Assembly: GCA_049511815.1 (NCBI GenBank)
Contig: JBEKXP010000001.1
Span: 1-35,179 of the forward strand
DNA from: Dehalococcoidia bacterium
GTDB taxonomy: Bacteria; Chloroflexota; Dehalococcoidia; DSTF01; JALHUB01
Direction: 5' to 3'
DNA: 35,179 bases
Under the pieces are notes generated by a model, which was not told the origin of the DNA, ran no database searches, and saw only the letters and a program-made list of their open reading frames with translations. The position numbers and the translations under genes are program-made. Shown here one piece after another: positions 28,377 through 35,179 of this stretch; position 1 is the stretch's first letter; each line of letters begins with the position of its first letter.

Positions 28377-28405
28377 ATGCTAGCCGATCATTGACTGCCA
28401 GTCAA
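28377..28405 (-). promoter_or_regulatory. Sigma70-type promoter with palindromic operator over the -35
   Basis: TTGACT-17 nt-TAGCAT on the minus strand; TTGACTG-C-CAGTCAA palindrome at 28391-28405. Confidence 0.7.
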
Positions 28406-28422
28406 CAGGATGGCGGCTTCGC

Positions 28423-30060
28423 CTACTTGGGCGCTGGTGCCTCTGCCTCGGGTTTCGGCTTCCAGGCGTCCGGCAGTTCGACGCGCATGTGGTCGCGACC
28501 GAGGAAGTAGGTCAGCCAGGACGACTGCCGCTGCAGCTCCCAGTTCCGCGTGATGACCGGCATGTCGCGCAGCTCCTCCTCGCGGCCCGCCGCCTTCAGC
28601 GAGTTGTAGACGCGAACGTAGAAGCAATCGCGGTCCGGGTAGACTTCGCACTTGCCGCGGAAGGAGCCGCCGCAGGGGCCGTTGCGCAGCCCCTTCGGGC
28701 AGCCCGCCTCCGGGCAAAGGTACGCCAGATGCGGCAGCGCGCAGTCGCCGCACTCCCGGCAGCCGACGCCGACCTCCTTCGACAGCCTCTCGACCCAGCG
28801 CACGCCGCCTCTCAGGAAGCGATTGCCGTCGGCGGTGCGGGCGGCGCGCTGCATGGCGCGAAAGCCTTTCGTGCCCGGCTCGAAGACGGCGTCATGGAGG
28901 GCGCTCATGGAGCGGAAGTGCAGGCGAGGGCCTTTTTCGGGATTCGGCAGGCTTTTGCGGTCGACGGGCGTCGCGGCGTTGAGGCCGGTGGCGGCGTCTG
29001 TCTGGAAGTAGTAGAACTGGCGCTCCGACGGCTCGATCGGATAGACCATCGAGCGCATGTGCTCCTGCCAGTCGGGCTGGAACTCGTCGGCGCGGTCGAT
29101 TATCTCCTTCGCCTCCTCGACTTTCAGGCCGAAGCCGCCGAGATGGACGCCGCGATAGCCGAGGCCGCGCACGACGGCGAACATCTTCGCGGCATGCTCC
29201 AGGAAGCGCGGCCGGCCCTCCTTGCCCTTCGGAAACGACTCAAGAAACCGCAGGAGCGAGTCGGGCACGACCGCGCCGGGAACCTGGTTCGCGTTCATCG
29301 TGCGGGCGACGCCGGCGTTGAGGACGTAGACGTTGCCGATGACCGGAACGTCGATGCCGTACAGGTCGAGGTACTGCTTCAGCTCCTGCACCTTGCGCAT
29401 GTCGTAGCCGAGCTGGCTGATGACGAAGCGCGCGCCGGCGCTGAGCTTCCGGTGCAGCTTGTAGTACTGCATCATCTGCTCGGCTTCCGTTTGCTTGAAG
29501 GGCGAGACGCAGGCGCCGACGAAGAAGTCGCAGGCGGGCGCCGGCGTGCCCTTGCGGTCGATATCGACGAGGCCGCCGTTCATGTCGCCAAGGAGCTTGA
29601 TCAGCGTGACGGCGTCCAGGTCGAAGGCCGGCTTCGAGGCGCCCCAGTAGCCCTCCTTCGGATAGTCGCCGGTCAGCGCAAGGATGTTGCACAGGCCCAT
29701 TCGCCCCAGCGCGTAGGCGCGGGAGACGGCGCCGTTGCGCGTGAGGTCCTTGCAGGTGAAGTGGACGATGCAGTCCAGGCCGACGCCCTGGATCTCCCGC
29801 GCCAGCTCGTCGGGCATGATGGCGTGGCCGCCGCCCGGGTTGTCGCAGAGGCTCATCGCGTGGAAACGGCCGTCGCTGGCAAGCTCTTCGGCGTCCTTGA
29901 GGAGCGTGTCGATGCCGCGACCGCCCGGGCCGGCGGCCGGCACGACCTCGAACGTCACGACGAACTCGCCGCGTTCCAGCGCGCTCCGAAAGCGGCTCGG
30001 ACGCGACCGGGCATCGATAGCGGATGCGTCAGGAGCTGAATTCGATGGTTCTTCCGCCAC
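28423..30060 (-). CDS. metF: Methylenetetrahydrofolate reductase with fused Cys-rich MetV-like C-terminal domain
   Basis: DNPGG, VHFTCKD, NILALTGD, AGARFVISQLGYD; C-terminal CRECGDC...CP..GCPKGLRNGPCGGS..GKCEV...C; next to fhs. Confidence 0.87.
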   Translation of the reverse strand: MAEEPSNSAPDASAIDARSRPSRFRSALERGEFVVTFEVVPAAGPGGRGIDTLLKDAEELASDGRFHAMSLCDNPGGGHAIMPDELAREIQGVGLDCIVHFTCKDLTRNGAVSRAYALGRMGLCNILALTGDYPKEGYWGASKPAFDLDAVTLIKLLGDMNGGLVDIDRKGTPAPACDFFVGACVSPFKQTEAEQMMQYYKLHRKLSAGARFVISQLGYDMRKVQELKQYLDLYGIDVPVIGNVYVLNAGVARTMNANQVPGAVVPDSLLRFLESFPKGKEGRPRFLEHAAKMFAVVRGLGYRGVHLGGFGLKVEEAKEIIDRADEFQPDWQEHMRSMVYPIEPSERQFYYFQTDAATGLNAATPVDRKSLPNPEKGPRLHFRSMSALHDAVFEPGTKGFRAMQRAARTADGNRFLRGGVRWVERLSKEVGVGCRECGDCALPHLAYLCPEAGCPKGLRNGPCGGSFRGKCEVYPDRDCFYVRVYNSLKAAGREEELRDMPVITRNWELQRQSSWLTYFLGRDHMRVELPDAWKPKPEAEAPAPK

Positions 30061-30121
30061 GCGCGCCGTCCCTTCCGATGCACGGGCCCGCGAGGCGGTT
30101 TTCCGGCGGTCCGCGCCGTCG

Positions 30122-31759
30122 CTAGATGAGACGGATCGTCTGGCCCGAGGAGTCGACCTGCATTAGCTCCGCGGCCGACACCCGCGGGAGGCCGGGCATC
30201 GTAACAATGTTACCACAGAGCATGACGATGAGCCCGGCGCCGGCGGAGAGGCGGACTTCGTTCACGCGGACCTTGAAGTCGCGGGGGACGCCTCGAAGCT
30301 CGGCGTTGTCGGAGAGGGACGCCGGCGTCTTGGCGACGCAGATAGGCAGGTTGCCGGCGCCCAGCTTCTCGACTTGCTCGATGCCCGCGAGCGCCCGGCG
30401 GTCGTATTCGACGCCACAGGCGCCGTACATGCGGGTCGCGATCATCTCCATCTTGTCGCGCACCGGCAGGTCGAGGGAATAGAGGAAACGCAGCGTGGAG
30501 GAGCCCGCGTCCGCGACCTTCATGACGGCTTCGGCGAGCTCGACGGCGCCGGCGCTGCCCCGGCCGAAACCGTCGCAGACAGCGCATGTCGCGCCAATCG
30601 CCTCGCAGCGCCGTCGCACTTCGTCCAGCTCCGCATCCGTGTCGTCGGCGAAGCGGTTGACGGCGACGACCGGGACGACGCCGAAGGCGCGCACGTTCTC
30701 GACGTGCTTCGCCAGGTTGGCGAAACCCGCATCGAGCGATCCGTCACCGTGGTGCTTGAGAGCGCGCACGGTTGCCACGACTACGGCGGCGCTCGGCTGG
30801 AGCCCGCCCATGCGGCACTTGATGTCGAAGAACTTCTCGGCGCCGAGCTCGGAGCCGAAGCCGGCCTCAGCGACGGCATATTCGCACAGCTTGAGCGCCA
30901 TACGGGTCGCAAAGAGCGTGTTACAGCCGTGGGCGATGTTGGCGAAGGCGCCGCCGTGAATGAATGCCGGCGTATGCTCGATTGTTTGCACCAAATTGGG
31001 CTGAACGGTGTCGCGCAGAAGAATGACCATCGCCGCGTCACCGCTGAGTTGCTCGCAGGTCACGGGCTCTCCCTTGAACGTATAGCCGACGATTATCCGC
31101 TTGATGCGCTCGTGCAGGTCCGCGGTGTCCTGCGAGAGGCTGAGGATGGTCATGACCTCGGACGCGGGTGTTATGTCAAATCCGTCCCTGCGGGGGAAGC
31201 CGTTCGCCGTGCCGCCGAGGCCGACGATGATGTCGCGGAGGGCGCGGTCGTTGAGGTCGATGACGCGCTTCCAGGTGACGCGGCGGGAGTCGATCTGGAG
31301 CGAATTGCCAAAGTAGAGGTGGTTGTCGATCATCGAGGCGAGCAGGTTGTTCGCCTTCGACACGCCGTACATGTCCCCGGTGAAATGCAGGTTGATGTCT
31401 TCCGCCGGCACCACCTGGGCGTAGCCGCCGCCGGTCGCGCCGCCCTTCATGCCGAAGTAGGGCCCGAGCGACGGCTCGCGGATGCAGACGGCAGCTTTCT
31501 TGCCGAGCCGGTTGATAGCGTCGGCGAGGCTGATGGCGACGGTTGTCTTTCCTTCGCCGGTGCGGGTGGGCGTGATTGCCGTGACGAGGATGAGCCTGCC
31601 GTCGGGCTTGTCGCGTTGCTCTTGAAGGATCGAGAGCGGAAGCTTGGCGATGTAGCGGCCGTGCGGGTTGATGGCGTCGCCGTCGAGCCCCAGACGGCGT
31701 GCGACCTCAGCTATCGGGAGCTTTTCGACGCTCTGTTCGATTTCCAGGTTCGACTTCAC
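30122..31759 (-). CDS. fhs: Formate--tetrahydrofolate ligase
   Basis: TPTRTGEGKTT, GMKGGATGGGYAQV, FANIAHGCN, AEKFFDIKCR, TMPGLP. Confidence 0.97.
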   Translation of the reverse strand: MKSNLEIEQSVEKLPIAEVARRLGLDGDAINPHGRYIAKLPLSILQEQRDKPDGRLILVTAITPTRTGEGKTTVAISLADAINRLGKKAAVCIREPSLGPYFGMKGGATGGGYAQVVPAEDINLHFTGDMYGVSKANNLLASMIDNHLYFGNSLQIDSRRVTWKRVIDLNDRALRDIIVGLGGTANGFPRRDGFDITPASEVMTILSLSQDTADLHERIKRIIVGYTFKGEPVTCEQLSGDAAMVILLRDTVQPNLVQTIEHTPAFIHGGAFANIAHGCNTLFATRMALKLCEYAVAEAGFGSELGAEKFFDIKCRMGGLQPSAAVVVATVRALKHHGDGSLDAGFANLAKHVENVRAFGVVPVVAVNRFADDTDAELDEVRRRCEAIGATCAVCDGFGRGSAGAVELAEAVMKVADAGSSTLRFLYSLDLPVRDKMEMIATRMYGACGVEYDRRALAGIEQVEKLGAGNLPICVAKTPASLSDNAELRGVPRDFKVRVNEVRLSAGAGLIVMLCGNIVTMPGLPRVSAAELMQVDSSGQTIRLI

Positions 31760-31845
31760 GGCTCGTGCACCTTCGATTTCGTATGGATAAGGATACGTTA
31801 TGAGTATCGGATATCGCCAGCTACGCGAAAGGGTGGCCCGGTTTC

Positions 31846-32868
31846 TCAGGATAGAGGAGGAGGTTGGACGGCTCCCAGCGAAGTGAGGAGCCCGCGGATG
31901 TCTGGGGGCATCGTTCGCGCGGGCGCGGGCAGGAATTCAGACGTGACGGTGGTTAGCGGGAGATCGAAATAGCAAAGCAGAATTCCTTGGCACTGGTCCG
32001 GCAGCCCATCGTATATTGCTGGGACGAATCCCGTCTTATCGTACCCGAGTAGATGTGAGATGAGGCCAGAGCGACCATCGCGCATGAACGACCAGACAAG
32101 AAGAGCTAGCATGCTGGGAAGGTCTCCGGTTGCAAGTTGTTCGCGCTTCCGTTGGTTGTGCGGATCGAGTAGCCATCTCTGTATCTCAGCGGGAAGGGCT
32201 AGCGGGGAACTGACAGACGCCTTGATGTCACCAACCGCCGGAGCCCCGCGGAGAATCGCGTCCTCATTCCACTCCGCCTCGAGCTCATCCCAGTCGTCGG
32301 CCGTACTCATCTGCGGTGCGGTGGCTTCGATTACACATACTCCTCGGCCATCGGGCCGTCGAATTGTGAGATCTGGCCCTCCCGTCGTTTGCGAGCCAAA
32401 CTGAACGCAGTAATCCACTTGTTCGAGCCGATGGCCCAACTGCAACTCGAACAAATTGGACCGAAACGCTATATACTGCTTGTACCTGTTGCCCTTTTGC
32501 GCCGAGCCCTTTTGGATCAGGTCGAGAGCCCTCTTTTTCCATTGTCCGCTTATTGCGGCGGAGTCTTCGGCTGTGTGCAGGATGGCTTCAATACTGGCAA
32601 GTACGAGCGCGGCGACCTCGCGCCCACTGGCACCGGGTGTGCACGCACGGAAGAGTAGCGCTATGAGCTCAGGCGGTCGCCTAGGCCAGGAGCAAGCAAC
32701 CGCCTGGTGAATCGCCTTGTCGTTCTTCACGACAATCCGCGCTATCCGTGGAAAGGCAGCAAGAGCTGACACGGCACCCTCAGCGATGCCAGTTTGAGAC
32801 CACGTCTGCTTCTTCGAGCTACCTCGGTCGCCTGGGAGCTGCGTCAGAGTCCTTCGCTCCTCATCCAT
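31846..32868 (-). CDS. Hypothetical protein with PD-(D/E)XK-like motif
   Basis: FELQL...GPDLTIRR..VCVIEAT; visibly less GC-rich than flanks; ATG 32868 lies 5 nt after the upstream stop. Confidence 0.55.
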   Translation of the reverse strand: MDEERRTLTQLPGDRGSSKKQTWSQTGIAEGAVSALAAFPRIARIVVKNDKAIHQAVACSWPRRPPELIALLFRACTPGASGREVAALVLASIEAILHTAEDSAAISGQWKKRALDLIQKGSAQKGNRYKQYIAFRSNLFELQLGHRLEQVDYCVQFGSQTTGGPDLTIRRPDGRGVCVIEATAPQMSTADDWDELEAEWNEDAILRGAPAVGDIKASVSSPLALPAEIQRWLLDPHNQRKREQLATGDLPSMLALLVWSFMRDGRSGLISHLLGYDKTGFVPAIYDGLPDQCQGILLCYFDLPLTTVTSEFLPAPARTMPPDIRGLLTSLGAVQPPPLS

Positions 32869-32873
32869 GCTCC

Positions 32874-33794
32874 CTAAAGCCTGATCAGGTCGTACTGATC
32901 GTTGCCCATTCCCAGTTCCTTCATGTAGGACAGCTGCCTCAGACCCTTGCGGGATTCGATGCGTTCCTTGAGGTCGTGAAGCTCCGCTTCGGGCAGCCCG
33001 TACAGCATATCGATTGAGGCTTGTTCGACGGCCAGGATATCGGTGGAAGCCAGGATGCCCAGGTCGCGCGCTTTGGCCGCCGCGGCGTAGACGCCCATGC
33101 AATCGCAGTCGATGGACATGTTGTTGAGCACGTTGACATAGACGATCCTCTCGCCGAAGTGGTCGATGGTGGCTTTCGCCGACTCCACCATGTTCTCCAT
33201 GAAAGGTCCGCCCTGCAGCCAGCCCTCGAAACTGTCATTGTCTGGGGCAGCGTGGACCATTTTCTTGCCTACGGCCCCGTCCGCGCAGCCGATGGCGATA
33301 TTCTTCAGCGAACCGCCGAAGCCGCCCATGAGGTGCCCTTTGAAATGGGTCAGCACCACCATCGAGTCGTAGTGAAGCATGTGTTTGCCGACGGACATTT
33401 CCTTGAAACGCTTCCCGCATTTGACGGGGATCATTACCGCGCCGTCCTCGTCCATGATGTCCACGGGGCAGAAACGCCAGCCGTTGGTCTCGAGGGTTTC
33501 GCGGTGATCGGCGGTGGTAAATCTCTTGCCCTTATAAAGGGTGTTGGTTTCCACCAGATTGCTGTCCGGAATGTGCTGCTGCAGGGCCTGCACCATTTCC
33601 CGCGGCAGGATGTTGGGGCCGCGCGGCTCGCCGGTGTGCAGCTTGATGGCGACCTTGCCCGCTATGCCTTGTTCGATCTTGGAGTAGACCGCGAGCAACC
33701 CCGCGGCACTGATATCCGGTGTGAAGAAGATCTGAGCTCTATGCTGCGGCGCCGCAGGAGCCCTGTCGAAGGAGAGTTCAGTTCCTGACTTCAT
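32874..33794 (-). CDS. DUF362 family putative Fe-S protein
   Basis: IKLHTGE, THFKGHLMGGFGGSLKN, SIDCDC, ASTDILAVEQAS; GGGAGG RBS. Confidence 0.85.
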   Translation of the reverse strand: MKSGTELSFDRAPAAPQHRAQIFFTPDISAAGLLAVYSKIEQGIAGKVAIKLHTGEPRGPNILPREMVQALQQHIPDSNLVETNTLYKGKRFTTADHRETLETNGWRFCPVDIMDEDGAVMIPVKCGKRFKEMSVGKHMLHYDSMVVLTHFKGHLMGGFGGSLKNIAIGCADGAVGKKMVHAAPDNDSFEGWLQGGPFMENMVESAKATIDHFGERIVYVNVLNNMSIDCDCMGVYAAAAKARDLGILASTDILAVEQASIDMLYGLPEAELHDLKERIESRKGLRQLSYMKELGMGNDQYDLIRL

Positions 33795-33868
33795 GATGTT
33801 CCTCCCATGAGAAGCTTAGAGCGCGCTCGAGGCGTGGTCAAGGACGCGAAGGGCAGCGGGGGATTGCG

Positions 33869-33896
33869 TTGTCGTCGAGTCAGCGCGCGCTATAAT
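33869..33896 (+). promoter_or_regulatory. Sigma70 promoter for a leaderless transcript
   Basis: TTGTCG-16 nt-TATAAT with ATG 6 nt after the -10 and no RBS. Confidence 0.65.
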
Positions 33897-33902
33897 CGTG
33901 CC

Positions 33903-35045
33903 ATGCTGAATCGCCGTCGGCTGGCTCCCGGTCTTCTCGCTTTGCTGGCGCTGCTGGCTGTGTTCGTCGCGGCGTGCGGCTCTGGCGAGCCTTCGACGTC
34001 GCCATCGCCGACGACGACGCAAGTCGCCACGGAGACCGCGATCCCCGCCGGGAAGCTGGCAGCGGTCCGGGCCGTATTCAGCGTCATCGGCGCTAACGAG
34101 CCGGGCTGCTCGGCGGCGGTCGGAGAGGACGGCAACGTCGTGTGGGCGGGGGGATTCGGCCTGGCGAATGTGGATACGGGCGCGCCGATAACGCCGGACA
34201 CGGTCTTCGACATCGCGTCGACGTCGAAGCAGTTCACGGCGACGGCGATCCTGCTGCTCGCCCAGGAGAGGAAGCTGGACCTCGACGCGCCCGTTCGGCG
34301 CTACCTGCCGCAGCTCCCGTCGTGGGCTGAACGGGTGACGCTGCGGCAGATGATGCACCACGAAAGCGGCATCCCGGAGTTCATCGGCCTGCTCGAAGCA
34401 CGCGGCCTGTCCATCACTACACCGACGACGCAGGAAGACGCGATGGCAGCGCTGGAGGCGGTCCAGCAGTTGAACTTCGAGCCGGGCACGCAATTCGCGT
34501 ATACCAACTCGAACTACATCCTGCTGTCGCAAGTCGTCGAAGCCGTCACCGGCCAGACGCTGCCGGCGTATCTTCAGGGCACTGTCTTCGGGCCGCTAGG
34601 GCTCAAGGCAGTGATGGACCCCGTCGCGACGATTCCCGGGAAGGCGGTGCCGTACGCGTTGCAGGACGGGAAATGGGTCAGCGACGCTGTTCCCTGGGCG
34701 CAGACGGGCTTCAGCGGCATCCAGACGACGCCGAGCGAGCTGGTGCGCTGGGCGGCGCAATACTGGGACCCGACTATCGGCGGCGCGCAGCTTCTGGCGG
34801 CCCGCAGCGAGGGCGCGGTCCCCTACCCCCTGACCGACTGGCTTTACGGCGCGGGAATCCTCATCGAACCGACGGACAGCGGCGGCAAGCTGTTCGAACA
34901 TCCCGGCGACTGGGGCGGATACATTGCGCAGCTGCTCGTCCTGCCGGAGGAGCGCCTTGCGGTGGCGGTCTCGTGCAATCGAATCGAATCGGTCGACTCG
35001 ACTGATCTGGCGCGAAGGGTAATGGCTGCCTGGCGCGGGAAGTGA
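33903..35045 (+). CDS. Serine hydrolase lipoprotein (beta-lactamase class C/AmpC-like family)
   Basis: Lipobox VAAC; SxxK (STSK), YxN (YTN), HESG, HPG. Confidence 0.88.
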   Translation: MLNRRRLAPGLLALLALLAVFVAACGSGEPSTSPSPTTTQVATETAIPAGKLAAVRAVFSVIGANEPGCSAAVGEDGNVVWAGGFGLANVDTGAPITPDTVFDIASTSKQFTATAILLLAQERKLDLDAPVRRYLPQLPSWAERVTLRQMMHHESGIPEFIGLLEARGLSITTPTTQEDAMAALEAVQQLNFEPGTQFAYTNSNYILLSQVVEAVTGQTLPAYLQGTVFGPLGLKAVMDPVATIPGKAVPYALQDGKWVSDAVPWAQTGFSGIQTTPSELVRWAAQYWDPTIGGAQLLAARSEGAVPYPLTDWLYGAGILIEPTDSGGKLFEHPGDWGGYIAQLLVLPEERLAVAVSCNRIESVDSTDLARRVMAAWRGK

Positions 35046-35100
35046 CGTCGAGGCCGACGAGGAGCGATTGGTTCGCGGCGTCGTCCATCTTCGGAGGTCG

Positions 35101-35130
35101 TTGACAGGCGTTGGGGGGCGCTAATAGAAT
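35101..35130 (+). promoter_or_regulatory. Sigma70 promoter of the tRNA
   Basis: TTGACA-18 nt-TAGAAT followed by a GC-rich discriminator-like stretch. Confidence 0.75.
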
Positions 35131-35141
35131 TAAGCGCGCGA

Positions 35142-35179
35142 GCGGGAATAGCTCAGTTGGTAGAGCATCCGCTTCCCAG
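35142..35179 (+). tRNA. tRNA-Gly(CCC), 5' half, truncated by the window end
   Basis: GCGGGAATAGCTCAGTTGGTAGAGC D-arm, then TCCGC-TT-CCC-A. Confidence 0.85.

Noticed and set aside
35170-35179. tRNA anticodon loop reads TTCCCAG rather than TTCCCAA (intron or integration site?)
   Set aside because: It is the last base of the window and cannot be judged

Overview
High-GC bacterial window. The host is plausibly Chloroflexota/Dehalococcoidia, inferred from the PhoU and DnaK sequence style, lipoproteins and leaderless starts, and not proven. The centre (4764-19315) is a ~14.5 kb gas vesicle locus: gvpA, a 33-aa-repeat gvpC, gvpN, three gvpL/F, gvpG, gvpJ, gvpM and gvpK. It carries its own chaperone set: Hsp20 + Cdc48, a J-domain fused to GvpL/F, a stand-alone DnaJ-type zinc finger, a TPR-like protein, a PH-like/Hsp20 fusion, a dedicated DnaK paralog, a third degenerate Hsp20 and a TraB/TIKI-fold protein. 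To the left are a DUF3160 lipoprotein and an AbfD-like dehydratase. To the right is a pho locus (phoB-phoR, pstCAB-arsC-phoU) in which pstS is missing and a 27-codon ORF sits behind a duplicated PHO-box promoter. Further right are a Rieske-less cytochrome b operon with an unannotated 53-aa membrane peptide, a metF(V) fusion, fhs, a PD-(D/E)XK-like orphan, DUF362, a serine hydrolase and a partial tRNA-Gly.
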